Shown: in pieces, positions 10,004-19,832 of the stretch
How the letters are laid out: the number at the start of each line of letters is the position of its first letter
Position numbering within the stretch: the first letter of the stretch is position 1
From: Deltaproteobacteria bacterium
GTDB taxonomy: Bacteria > Desulfobacterota > Deferrisomatia > Deferrisomatales > Deferrisomataceae
Length of the DNA stretch: 37,190 bases
Assembly: GCA_013152215.1 (NCBI GenBank)
Contig: JAADGT010000352.1
Coordinates: 1-37,190, forward strand
Direction: 5' to 3'
Position numbers and translations under genes: made by a program
The notes under the pieces: model-generated
What the model saw: the letters and a program-made list of their open reading frames with translations, nothing else
What the model was told of the DNA's origin: nothing
The model's database searches: none

Positions 10004-11496
10004 GGCGCCTCCACCACCGCTTCGGGTGAGGGCGTCCGGGCGGGGGCAGGCGGGGTCTTCCCGGCGATGGCGCTTCCGAGCTCGGCCACCGAGGTCTCGG
10101 CCGCCTTCACGTCCGCTACCAGCGCTCCGTCGTGGAACACCAGCACGCGCTCGGCCACCATGAGGATCTCGTCGAGTTCGGGCGAGCTGAACACGATCGT
10201 GGTCCCCCGAGCCTTGTGAGCCAGGAGCTGCTCCCACACCCAGTGGGCCGACTCCAGGTCCAGGCCCCGGGTGGGGCTCTCCAGCAGGAGCAGCCTGGGC
10301 CGCTCGGGCAGGAGGGCCAGCAGCACCCGCTGCTGATTCCCGCCGGACAGTGCCTCCACGGGTGTGCCCGGCTCCCCCCGGATCCGGTACCGGCGGATGG
10401 CACCCTCGGCCCGTTCCGCTGCGCCCCGCCAGGGGGCCAAGAAGGGAATGCGGGTCCGGCCGAGGGCGAAGTGGTCGAGCACACTCAGGCCGGCGACGAG
10501 CCCCTCCTCGAGCCGGCCCGACGGCAGGAACGCCACGCCCCGCTGCCGGAGCCTGCGGTACCCTTCCGCCGGCGCCCCGCACACCTCTACTCCGCCCCGG
10601 TACGGCCGGTTCAGGCCTGCGGCCAGGCGCAGGAACGCGTTCTGCCCGGCGCCCTCCACCCCGGCGAGGCCCACCACCTCGCCCTCCCGGATCGTGGTCG
10701 AGCAGCCCCGGAGGCCGGCGCGACCGCCGGTGGCCCATGCGTCGCGAAACACCAGGACGGGTTCCCCCGGTGCCCCGGCCACCCTCCGGGGCACGGCCGG
10801 CGGCTGGCCGAACATCATCTCCAACAGCTCCCGGGTCCGGAACGGCCGCTCGGCCCGGCCAGCCACGGCGCCCTGTCGGAGCACCGTGACCTCGTCACAC
10901 AGGGCCTCCACGTCCTCGAGCTTGTGCGACACCAGCAGCACGCTGCGGCCCTGCTCCGCCAGGCGCCGGAGCGCCGCGAACAGAATCTCGCGCTGAACCC
11001 CCGAGATGCCGGTGGTAGGCTCGTCCAGGATCAGCACCCCAACGCCCAGGCTGAGCAGCCGCAGCAGCTCCAGCTGCTGGCGTTCGCCCACGGTCAGCCG
11101 CTCCAGCGGCATCTCGGGGTGCACGGCAAAGCCGAGCTCGGCGGCCCGGGCCTCCAGGTCCCTACGGAGTTCCCGTGCGGGCACCCACGGCCGGCCCAGG
11201 GCGTAGTTCTCCAGGGCGGTCATGGCCAGGAAGTCCATGGGGTCCTGGTACAGCATGCCCACGCCCCGGGCCACGGCCTCGGCCGGGGTGCGCCACCGAA
11301 CCTCGTCGCCGTCCAGCAGGATCCGGCCCGAGGTCGGACGGGTGTACCCCGCCAGGATCCGCATCAGGGTGCTCTTGCCCGCGCCGTTCTCCCCCAGCAC
11401 CCCGTGGATGGTGCCGGCGCGCACCTCGAGGCTCACGCCCCGGTTGGCGTGCACCCTGCCGTACCGCTTGTGGATGTCGTCCAGAACGATGTGCAT
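10000..11496 (-). CDS. ABC transporter ATP-binding protein, tandem NBD (CUT2/nucleoside type)
   Basis: GENGAGKST, LILDEPT, LSGGNQQR, PTRGLD; start MHIVLDDI at 11496. Confidence 0.92.
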   Translation of the reverse strand: MHIVLDDIHKRYGRVHANRGVSLEVRAGTIHGVLGENGAGKSTLMRILAGYTRPTSGRILLDGDEVRWRTPAEAVARGVGMLYQDPMDFLAMTALENYALGRPWVPARELRRDLEARAAELGFAVHPEMPLERLTVGERQQLELLRLLSLGVGVLILDEPTTGISGVQREILFAALRRLAEQGRSVLLVSHKLEDVEALCDEVTVLRQGAVAGRAERPFRTRELLEMMFGQPPAVPRRVAGAPGEPVLVFRDAWATGGRAGLRGCSTTIREGEVVGLAGVEGAGQNAFLRLAAGLNRPYRGGVEVCGAPAEGYRRLRQRGVAFLPSGRLEEGLVAGLSVLDHFALGRTRIPFLAPWRGAAERAEGAIRRYRIRGEPGTPVEALSGGNQQRVLLALLPERPRLLLLESPTRGLDLESAHWVWEQLLAHKARGTTIVFSSPELDEILMVAERVLVFHDGALVADVKAAETSVAELGSAIAGKTPPAPARTPSPEAVVEAP

Positions 11497-11503
11497 GTTT
11501 TGT

Positions 11504-11554
11504 GGCTGGAAGGCTAGAAAGCTAGAAGGCTGGAAAGCTGGGAGGCCGGGAGGC
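11504..11554 (+). repeat. Octamer tandem array (RGCTRGRA)x6
   Basis: GGCTGGAA GGCTAGAA AGCTAGAA GGCTGGAA AGCTGGGA GGCCGGGA. Confidence 0.85.
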
Positions 11555-11568
11555 GAAAGCCTTCGGCC
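11544..11568 (-). terminator. Intercistronic GC stem-loop after the substrate-binding gene
   Basis: GGCCGGGAGGCGAAAGCCTTCGGCC inverted repeat; no U-tract, so possibly mRNA-stabilising rather than terminating. Confidence 0.4.
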
Positions 11569-11615
11569 ACCGGGCCGAGTCTCCCAAGATCCAGCCTCTA
11601 GTCTCCAGTCTCTCG

Positions 11616-12791
11616 CTACTTGGCGCTGCTCTGGCCCTCCATGCCCTGGAGGAGCTGCTTCATGTACCAGATCTGTTGGTCCGTGGCGGTCTGGCCCGCG
11701 GCCAGGAACGTGGAGCCGTCCTGGTAGTTGAGCGGTCCCTGGAACAGGTTGAGCTTTCCGCTCCCCAGGTCCCGGACGAACGCATCGAGCTGGGGGCGCA
11801 CTTCGGCCGGAAGGGCCGGGCCCGGTAGGAACCCCACCGAGCTGGTCTGGTGGTCGTTGATGTCCTTCCAGTCGGGCCCCAGCCACAGCCACTGGGACTT
11901 CCACTTGCCGGCCATGGCCGCCTGGATCAGCATCTTGTACCCCGGGAACCAGTTGAAGTAGGGCACCCCCAGGCACACGTCACCCGCGCCCTCGCACGCC
12001 CCGGCGTAGTCGTAAGGGACCGCCCAGACCTCCTTGCCCTCCTTGCGCTTCTGCTGGGCGACCACCACGGCCTCGGTGGTGTCGATGCCCGACACGAGCA
12101 CGTCGTAGCCCGAGTTGAAGAAGTTCTGGGCCACCTGGGTGGGGTCGGCGGTCACACCCGGGATGTTGAACCAGAACCCGATCCAGTTCACCCGGAACTT
12201 CAGCTCCGAGGCGGGACGCTTGCGCACGTGCTCCCAGGCGTAGCGGGCCCCCAGGTAGGAGGACACGGCCAGCCGGCGGGTCTCGTCGTTCACGAGGGGG
12301 CCGAGGTAGCCGATCTTGCCCGTGCGGGTGGTGAGGGCGGCCACGAACCCCGCCATCATCTTGGCGTATTCCATCCTGCCCATGAGGTTGCTCAGGTTCT
12401 TGGGCGCGTTGCCCGCCAGCACGTGGTCGCCCGAGACGTGCACGAAGTACACGTCCGGGTGCTCCAGGGCCGCCTCCACGATGCCGTCCTTCATGTCGTC
12501 GGAGTTGGCGATGATCAGGCGGCATCCCTTCTCCACCATGTCGTCCACGAGCTGGGGGATGGTGACGCCGGGGCGATCCGCCGGGTTCACCTTGTCGATG
12601 TAGATCATCTCGGTGCCCGGGATCTCCTTCTCGATCCGGCGGCCGGCCTCGTAGTGGGCCTGGCTCCAGCCCCGGTCGTTGTACGGGCCCACCAGGAGCA
12701 GGCCGAACCGGAAGGTGCCCGCGCCGGCGCCAGCCGGCAGGAGCACCGCTGCCGCCGCGATGAGCGCGATGGTCTTGGTCAGCGTCCGCAT
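11616..12791 (-). CDS. BMP family ABC transporter substrate-binding protein
   Basis: Signal peptide; GPYNDRGWSQAHYEA, GKIGYLG; AGGAGG RBS; operon with ATPase and two permeases. Confidence 0.88.
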   Translation of the reverse strand: MRTLTKTIALIAAAAVLLPAGAGAGTFRFGLLLVGPYNDRGWSQAHYEAGRRIEKEIPGTEMIYIDKVNPADRPGVTIPQLVDDMVEKGCRLIIANSDDMKDGIVEAALEHPDVYFVHVSGDHVLAGNAPKNLSNLMGRMEYAKMMAGFVAALTTRTGKIGYLGPLVNDETRRLAVSSYLGARYAWEHVRKRPASELKFRVNWIGFWFNIPGVTADPTQVAQNFFNSGYDVLVSGIDTTEAVVVAQQKRKEGKEVWAVPYDYAGACEGAGDVCLGVPYFNWFPGYKMLIQAAMAGKWKSQWLWLGPDWKDINDHQTSSVGFLPGPALPAEVRPQLDAFVRDLGSGKLNLFQGPLNYQDGSTFLAAGQTATDQQIWYMKQLLQGMEGQSSAK

Positions 12792-12898
12792 GGTCCTTTC
12801 CTCCTGTGTAACGGGAGCGCCGTGGGAAAGCTAGAAGGCTGGAAGGCCAGAGGGCCTTCGGTCCGCCGGGCGGCTCTCGAACCGCGCCAAATCTCGGT

Positions 12899-13082
12899 GG
12901 GCGTGGGGTCTGCTGGAGAGCCGCGTGCGGCTCCTTGGCTCGCCGCGCAGCGCCTCCAGCGCTCGCACCGTGAATTCGTTCAGGCCCCACCAAACTGTCA
13001 TGAACCCCCCGCCCGTGTCCCGTGCCTGCGCGGCGAATCTCATGCCCGGCTTCGCGCGCGGCCGGAAGCAGACCCCACGCCC
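12899..13082 (-). repeat. ~184-bp structured dispersed element, copy 1 (candidate ncRNA or MITE)
   Basis: 16-bp perfect terminal inverted repeat GGGCGTGGGGTCTGCT/AGCAGACCCCACGCCC; reverse complement aligns with 24382-24552. Confidence 0.85.
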
Positions 13083-13178
13083 CCGCCGCCGCCAAGGCCC
13101 CAGGATCACTGAACGTTACCCTTCCCCGTTGCCGAGCCCCGCAGGGCCTGACGATTCTTCCAAGCCGCGAGCTCCACT

Positions 13179-13928
13179 CTAGTCTCCAATTAAGGCCAGG
13201 GCCTGGTCGGCCAGGTCCTGGAGCACGCGGCCCGCCCTTCCCTCGAGGAACACGTCGGTCAGGGACTCGGTCAGGTGGGTGGGGGCCAGGTTCACCTCGA
13301 TCACGGCCGCGCCGGCCTGCTTGGCCACCCAGGGCATCTGGTTGGCCGGGGCCACCTCGGCCGAGGTGCCGACCACCAGCATCACCCGGCACGAAGCGGC
13401 CATCCGGTACGCTTCGCGCAGGGCGTGCTCGGGGATCGGCTCCCCGAAGAACACCACGTCGGGCTTGAGCAGGGCCCCGCACTCGCAGACCGGCGGTTGC
13501 CCGCGTTGCCGGGCCTCGTCCCGGGAGACGCGCACCCCGCACGCCAGACACGAGAGCGTCCGGTGGCTGCCGTGGAACTCGACCACCTTCCGGCTGCCGG
13601 CGGCCTGGTGCAGGCCGTCGATGTTCTGGGTGATCACCCCCGTGACCACCCCGCTCCGCTCCAGCCGGGCCAGGGCCTCGTGGGCCGGGTTGGGACGGGC
13701 CGCGTCGAGCACGGCTTCCATCTCGGCCAGCATCTTCCAGACCTTGGCCGGGTCGGCCCGGAACGCCTGGATGGTGGCGTACTCGGCCGGGTCGAAGCGG
13801 TCCCACAGGCCGCCGCGGCTGCGGAAGTCCGGGATCCCGCTCTCCACGCTGATGCCCGCGCCGGTGAGCACCGCCACCCGCCGGCGCACGGCCATGAGCC
13901 TCGCGGCCTCGCTCAGACGCTCTTCCAC
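13179..13928 (-). CDS. cobB: NAD-dependent protein deacylase (sirtuin)
   Basis: TGAGISVESGIPDFR, TQNIDGLHQ, EFHGS, zinc ribbon CLAC...CECG, LKPDVVFFGE, VGTS; GTG at 13928. Confidence 0.9.
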   Translation of the reverse strand: MEERLSEAARLMAVRRRVAVLTGAGISVESGIPDFRSRGGLWDRFDPAEYATIQAFRADPAKVWKMLAEMEAVLDAARPNPAHEALARLERSGVVTGVITQNIDGLHQAAGSRKVVEFHGSHRTLSCLACGVRVSRDEARQRGQPPVCECGALLKPDVVFFGEPIPEHALREAYRMAASCRVMLVVGTSAEVAPANQMPWVAKQAGAAVIEVNLAPTHLTESLTDVFLEGRAGRVLQDLADQALALIGD

Positions 13929-14755
13929 GGCTGGCCTCCCGCGCGGAACTGCCCGATGCGCTCGCGGATCTCCCGGATCCGGGCCTTGAACCGGGGGCCC
14001 GAGGGCAGGATCCGCTCCTCGAAGTGGTGCCGCATGCTCCCCGGGCTCCAACGGGGCTCGGCCCCCGGAGCCGGCACGAACCGCCGGCCGCCGTCGCGGT
14101 CCTCCCACGTGCCCGGCAGGTCGCACAGCAGGCAGTGGGCCGCGCCGTCGGGCCGGGTGGTCACCAGATCCATGTGACACACCGGGCAGGCGCCCGGGTC
14201 GCCCCGGTAGGCGGTCTCGCCCCGGCCCAGGGCCCGGCCGGCCTCCAGGGCCCGGTCGCAGGCCACCGGGTCGTCGAAGATCTCGCCGGGGCCTTGGGCG
14301 TGGCCGATGAACTGGTCCACCACCGGCATGCCCAGGAACAGGAAGAACAGGCTCACCTGGGACAGGGCCAGGGGCTCCCAGCCCGGCACGCCGGCGGCCA
14401 CCAGGGCGAGCCCCGGTTTCCCGACGAACTCCCGGCGGATCCCGAACCGGATCATCCGATCGTGGAGGTTCTTGACCTGGGCCGTGGCGCCGAGCACGTA
14501 GCAGGGCGAGCCCAGCACCACCGCGTCGGCCCACCGCATGGCCTCGAGGAACTCGGGGAGCCGGTCCTTCTGCACGCAGTCCCGGTCCTTGAACACGCAG
14601 GCCATGCACCCGACGCAGGGCCCGAGCCCCAGATCGGGGATCCGCAGGAACCGGGTCTCGGCCCCCTCTTCGTCCGCGCCCCGCAGGGCGGTGTGCACGA
14701 GGATGTCGGTGTTGCCCCACTGGCGGCAACTGGCACTCAGACCGAGGACGTTCAT
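13913..14755 (-). CDS. Flavodoxin-like iron-sulfur flavoprotein (NADPH-dependent FMN reductase family) with C-terminal Cys motifs
   Basis: SASCRQWGNT, CVGCMAC-x6-C, ADAVVLGSPCY, and C-terminal CPVC...CLLC. Confidence 0.8.
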   Translation of the reverse strand: MNVLGLSASCRQWGNTDILVHTALRGADEEGAETRFLRIPDLGLGPCVGCMACVFKDRDCVQKDRLPEFLEAMRWADAVVLGSPCYVLGATAQVKNLHDRMIRFGIRREFVGKPGLALVAAGVPGWEPLALSQVSLFFLFLGMPVVDQFIGHAQGPGEIFDDPVACDRALEAGRALGRGETAYRGDPGACPVCHMDLVTTRPDGAAHCLLCDLPGTWEDRDGGRRFVPAPGAEPRWSPGSMRHHFEERILPSGPRFKARIREIRERIGQFRAGGQPWKSV

Positions 14756-14834
14756 CGGGTTCCCTCCGTGAATCTGGCTGGGAGGCTAGAAGGCTAGGAG
14801 GCAGGTCCCTTGCCCCGCCCTCCGAGGTGTCGCG

Positions 14835-15559
14835 CTACCCTCCCAGATACGCCCGCTTCACCTCCTCGTTGGACAGGAGGTGGTCGGTGGGGCCCTCGGC
14901 CACGATGCGGCCGGTGTCGAGCACATAGCCCCGGTGGGCGAACTTGAGCGCGAGGGCCGCGTTCTGCTCCACCAGGAGGATGGTGACCCCCTCCTGGTTC
15001 AGCCGTTTCAGCGCCCGGAACATCTCGTACTTGAGCACCGGGGCCAGCCCCATGGAGGGCTCGTCCAGCAGCAGAACCCGGCATCCCGTCATGAGGGCCC
15101 GTCCCACGGCCAGCATCTGCTGCTCGCCCCCGCTCAACGACTCGCTGCGCTGTCGGCGCCGCTCCCTGAGCCGGGGGAACAGCTGGAACACGCGCTCCAG
15201 GTCCTTGACCACGCCCGGGTCGCCACGGCGGGCATAGGTGGCCAGCTCCAGGTTCTCCTCCACCGTCAGGTTCCCGAAGATGCGCCGACCTTCGGGAACC
15301 AGGGCCATCTTGAGCGCCCGGACCACGTCGTGGGGTTCCACGGCCAGGATGCTCCGGCCCGCGAACCGGATGTCGCCCTCGGCCACCCGGGGAGCCTCGG
15401 GCGGGGGCAGCCGGCAGATGCTCAGGAGGGTCGTGGTCTTGCCCGCGCCGTTGGCCCCGATCAGGGTGACCACCTCGCCCTCGTCCACGGTGAAGCTGAC
15501 GCCGTGGAGGGCCTCGATGCTGCCGTAGCGGACCACCAGGTTTTCGATCTCGAGAAGCA

Positions 15560-15560
<1 letters not shown>
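14835..15560 (-). CDS. livF: Branched-chain amino acid ABC transporter ATP-binding protein
   Basis: GANGAGKTT, LVPEGRRIF, LSGGEQQMLAVGRALM, LDEPSMGLAP. Confidence 0.9.
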
Positions 15561-16327
<767 letters not shown>

Positions 16328-16335
16328 GGCGCCCC

Positions 16336-17412
16336 TCACTTGAACCGGAAGAACCGCCGGAGGCCTGGGAACACGTCCGCCAGTTCCCGGTTGCCCAGGA
16401 TGCCTTCGGGCCGGAACTGCATCAGGAGGATCAGGAGGAGCGGCACCACGATCCATTTGATGATTTGGAGCGGCCGCAGGGCCTCCAGGAGCAGGGTGAA
16501 CAGCACGGCGGAGAGCACCGAGCCCGACAGGCTGCCCATGCCCCCCAGGTACACCATGACCAGGGCCTCGGTGGACTTGAGGATGCCGAACGATCCGGGG
16601 TTCACGTACCCCACGATGTGGGCGAACAGGCCCCCGGCCACGCCCGCGAGGCCCGAGCTGAGCATGAACGCAGCCACCTTCATGCGGTTCGTGTTCACGC
16701 TCATGATCTCGGCCGCCACCTCGTCCTGGCAGATGGCCATCACGCCCTTACCGTAGGTGGAGTACACGAACCGGCGCAGGATCCACAGGGTGAACACGGC
16801 GAACCCGAACGACCACAGGAGCATCCAGGGCAGGTCCCAGGCCCGGCCCATGGCCTTGACGACCCGCTTCATGCCCATGAACCCCCGGGACCCGCCGATC
16901 ACGTCCAGGTTCTCCACCGCGCTGATCACGATGTAGTTGGCCGCGATGGTGATGATGGCCAGGTAGTCCCCCCGGGTGCGAAACGAGGGGATCGCCACCA
17001 GCAGCCCCGCCAGGGCCGCGGCCAGGCCTCCCACCAGCACGATCAGCGGAAACCCCACCAGGGCCCACTCCGGGGGCAGAAGGGGAGGGCCGAACACCCG
17101 GTCTTTGGCGAACAGGAGCACCCCCAGCACGGACGACACATAGGCGCCCACCGCCATGAACCCGCCGTGGCCGCAGGAGAACTCGCCCATGTACCCGTTC
17201 ACCAGGTTCAGGCTGGCCGACACGATCACGTTGACCGCCATGAACATGATCACGGTCTGGGTGTACTTGGTCAGGGCCCCGCTCTGGCCGACCCAGAGGA
17301 GCACGGCCAGGCCGGCGAGCGTGAGGGCCGGCACGCTCCAACGCTGGAACGCGGTGGGTCGTGCGGCCGTCCCGTCGGGCCGCACCGCAACGCTAGTGGG
17401 TTGTGAGCTCAT
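16336..17412 (-). CDS. livM: Branched-chain amino acid ABC transporter permease
   Basis: SLNLVNGYMGEFSCGHGGF, RGDYLAIIT, VYLGGMGSLSGS, FRPEGILG. Confidence 0.9.
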   Translation of the reverse strand: MSSQPTSVAVRPDGTAARPTAFQRWSVPALTLAGLAVLLWVGQSGALTKYTQTVIMFMAVNVIVSASLNLVNGYMGEFSCGHGGFMAVGAYVSSVLGVLLFAKDRVFGPPLLPPEWALVGFPLIVLVGGLAAALAGLLVAIPSFRTRGDYLAIITIAANYIVISAVENLDVIGGSRGFMGMKRVVKAMGRAWDLPWMLLWSFGFAVFTLWILRRFVYSTYGKGVMAICQDEVAAEIMSVNTNRMKVAAFMLSSGLAGVAGGLFAHIVGYVNPGSFGILKSTEALVMVYLGGMGSLSGSVLSAVLFTLLLEALRPLQIIKWIVVPLLLILLMQFRPEGILGNRELADVFPGLRRFFRFK

Positions 17413-17422
17413 GGTTCCCTAA

Positions 17423-17550
17423 AGTCGGTCTTCGGTCGTCAGTCTGCGGTCGCCGGTCGTTGGGAACTGCCGTGAATCGGGAAGGCCGTAAATCGTAAAT
17501 CGTGAATCGTTGGGACCTTCAAGCCTCCCAGCTTTCTAGCCTTCCCGCCT
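17423..17550. repeat. Heptamer arrays followed by an inverted octamer array, filling the livH-livM spacer
   Basis: CGTCAGT CTGCGGT CGCCGGT CGTTGGG; CGTAAAT CGTAAAT CGTGAAT; then TTCAAGCC TCCCAGCT TTCTAGCC TTCCCGCC. Confidence 0.75.
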
Positions 17551-18463
17551 AAATCTTCGTCGTCTTCGCCACCCCGAACAGCCCGGTGGGCTTGAACGAG
17601 AGGATCACCAGGAGCACGGTGAACGCGATCAGGTCCCGGAACGTGCTCGGGAAGAACGCCACCACCAGGATCTCCACGGCCCCCAGCAAAAACCCCCCCA
17701 CGAACGCCCCTCGGATGTCGCCGATGCCGCCCACCACGGCGGCGATGAACGCCTTCCACCCGATCAGGGCTCCCATGTAGGGCTCGAGCACGGGGTAGGA
17801 CATGGCGAACAGCACCCCGGCCAATCCGGCCATGGACGAGCCGAGGATGAAAGTGAACACGATCACGGTGTCGATGGGTATGCCCATCAGGGGCACGGCG
17901 AACTTGTCGTAGGAGATGGCTCGCATGGCCATGCCGATCTTGGTGCGGGTCACGATGAAGTGCAGCAGCACGAACACGGCGAACGCCGCCAGGATCACGG
18001 CGATCTTGAGGTTGGTGAAGCTGACCCCCCCCACGGTGTACACCACCTCGTTGATGAGCTCGGGGAACTTCTTGCGGCTGGCGCCCAGCAGGGCCAGGTT
18101 GCCGTGCTCCAGGATCAGGCCGGCCATGAGGGCGGTGATCACCACGTACAGCCGGTTCGCGCCCTTGCGACGCAGGGGGCGGTACGCCACCCGTTCCAGG
18201 GTCACCCCCACCACCGCGGTCAGCGCCATGGTGGCCGGGATGGTCACGGCCAGCACCACCCAGCCGGGCAGTCCTGCCGCTTGGGTCAGCAGGAAGGTGG
18301 CCACGAAGAACCCGATGTACGCGCCCACCATGAACACGTCGCCGTGGGCGAAGTTGATGAGCAGGAGCACCCCGTACACCAGGGAGTACCCCAGGGCGAT
18401 CAGGGCGTAGAAGCTGCCCCACTGCAGGGCGTTCAGGAGGTTCTGCACGATGGTGGAGAGCAC
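17549..18463 (-). CDS. livH: Branched-chain amino acid ABC transporter permease
   Basis: YALIALGYSLVYGVLLLINFAHGD, KAFIAAVVGGIG, KPTGLFG; GTG at 18463. Confidence 0.9.
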   Translation of the reverse strand: MLSTIVQNLLNALQWGSFYALIALGYSLVYGVLLLINFAHGDVFMVGAYIGFFVATFLLTQAAGLPGWVVLAVTIPATMALTAVVGVTLERVAYRPLRRKGANRLYVVITALMAGLILEHGNLALLGASRKKFPELINEVVYTVGGVSFTNLKIAVILAAFAVFVLLHFIVTRTKIGMAMRAISYDKFAVPLMGIPIDTVIVFTFILGSSMAGLAGVLFAMSYPVLEPYMGALIGWKAFIAAVVGGIGDIRGAFVGGFLLGAVEILVVAFFPSTFRDLIAFTVLLVILSFKPTGLFGVAKTTKI

Positions 18464-18491
18464 GGTCCGCCTCGCTCGGAGAGGAAGCAAA

Positions 18492-18518
18492 CCGGGGGCG
18501 GCGGGCCGCCGCCCCCGG
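18492..18518 (-). terminator. Stem-loop after the substrate-binding gene
   Basis: CCGGGGGCGGCG-ggc-CGCCGCCCCCGG, 12-bp stem followed by TTTG on the minus strand. Confidence 0.6.
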
Positions 18519-18534
18519 GGGGCTCACAACGGGG

Positions 18535-19695
18535 CTACGGGCACACCGACTCGGTGAACACGAACTCGCCCTGGTCGTTGATCTTCACGACCACGGCGCA
18601 CTTGATCGGGTCGCCCTGCTCGTCGAACCGCATCTTGCCGGTGATGCCGTCGAACTCCTTGATGCTGGCCATGGCGTCCCGGATGGCCTTGCGGTCCTTG
18701 TCCAGGTCGCCGGTGAGCCCGCCGGTGTCCTGGATGGCCTGGAGGACGATCCGGGTGGCGTCCCAGGTCAGGGCGGCCACGTCGTCGGGGGTGTAGCCGT
18801 ACTTGGCTTTGTAGCGCTCGATGAACTCCTTGGTGGCCCCGGTGGCCCCGGCCGCGGCGTAGTGGGTGGAGAAGTAGTGCCCCTTGCAGTCGTCGCCGCA
18901 CAGCTCCATCAGCTCGGCCGAGCCCCAGGCGTCCGACCCCATGAACGGTCCGGTCCAGCCCAGGTTGTGGGCCTGCTTCACGATCAGGGCCACCTGGTTG
19001 TAGTTGTCGGGCACGAAGATGAAGTCCGGCTTAGCTGCGATGATCTTGGTGAGCTGGGCGCTGAAGTCCTGGTCCTTGGTGCCGTGGCTCTCGAACGCCA
19101 CCACCGAGCCGGCCCCGTGCTTCTTCTCGAAGTCGGCCTTGAAGATCTCGGCCAGGCCCTTGGAGTAGTCGTTCGAGAGGTCGTAAATCACGGCGGCGGT
19201 TTTGGCCTGGAAGGTCTTGGTGGCGAAGTCCACGGCCACCGGCCCCTGGAACGGGTCGAGGAACGCGGCCCGGAACACCCACGGCCGGTCCTTTGTGGTG
19301 TCGGGGTTGGTGGACCACGGCGAGATCATCGGGGTCTCGTTGTCGTCGCACACCTGGCCGGCGGGCACGGCCTGCTTGGAGGAGTTGGGCCCCACGATGG
19401 CCAGCACCTCGTCCTGCTCGATCAGCTTCAGGGCCGTGGTCACCGCCGACTCGGCCTTGGACTCGTTGTCCTCGTAGATGAACTCGAGCTTGTAGGTCTT
19501 ATCCCCCACCTTCAGGCCGCCCTTGGAGTTGACGTCCTCCCGGAGCATCTCGGCCGCGTACTTGGACGACTCGCCCACCTTGGGGATGTCGCCGGTCAGG
19601 GGGATGTTGAACCCGATCTTGATGGTGTCGGCCGCCCAGGCCGGCGCGGCCAGGGCCAATCCCAGGGTTGCCGCCAGGATCCAGGACCTTCGCAT
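18535..19695 (-). CDS. Branched-chain amino acid ABC transporter substrate-binding protein (LivJ/LivK family)
   Basis: Signal peptide; IKIGFNIPLTG, VFRAAFLDPFQG, DFSAQLTKI; AAGGAGG RBS. Confidence 0.9.
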   Translation of the reverse strand: MRRSWILAATLGLALAAPAWAADTIKIGFNIPLTGDIPKVGESSKYAAEMLREDVNSKGGLKVGDKTYKLEFIYEDNESKAESAVTTALKLIEQDEVLAIVGPNSSKQAVPAGQVCDDNETPMISPWSTNPDTTKDRPWVFRAAFLDPFQGPVAVDFATKTFQAKTAAVIYDLSNDYSKGLAEIFKADFEKKHGAGSVVAFESHGTKDQDFSAQLTKIIAAKPDFIFVPDNYNQVALIVKQAHNLGWTGPFMGSDAWGSAELMELCGDDCKGHYFSTHYAAAGATGATKEFIERYKAKYGYTPDDVAALTWDATRIVLQAIQDTGGLTGDLDKDRKAIRDAMASIKEFDGITGKMRFDEQGDPIKCAVVVKINDQGEFVFTESVCP

Positions 19696-19770
19696 GGACG
19701 CCTCCTTTCGGTGGATGAAGGAAATCGGAAAGGGGGTGCGGATCATAGAGGAAAAAGCCCCCAAGACGCA

Positions 19771-19806
19771 AAGGAAAACCGGGGTGGACCCCCGGTCCAC
19801 CCCGGT
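19771..19806 (-). terminator. Rho-independent terminator downstream of the HMG-CoA-lyase-like gene
   Basis: 13-bp stem ACCGGGGTGGACC/GGTCCACCCCGGT followed by TTTCCTTT on the minus strand. Confidence 0.7.
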
Positions 19807-19832
19807 CGTTCGCCCCGGCCGCCCGGCTGGGT

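Noticed and set aside
12899-13082. 6S RNA or a known riboswitch
   Set aside because: The length fits 6S, but the fold is multibranched, there are two copies before unrelated genes, and I see no known aptamer consensus. An Rfam search is still needed.
12831-13109. 92-aa ORF similar to short ORFs near 24105-24588
   Set aside because: The similarity is just translation of the repeated non-coding element; the copies differ by a 1-nt indel and lack a shared start and stop.
19758-19773. CCCCAAGACGCAAAG as another short tandem array
   Set aside because: Only two degenerate units, overlapping the terminator tail; too weak to call.
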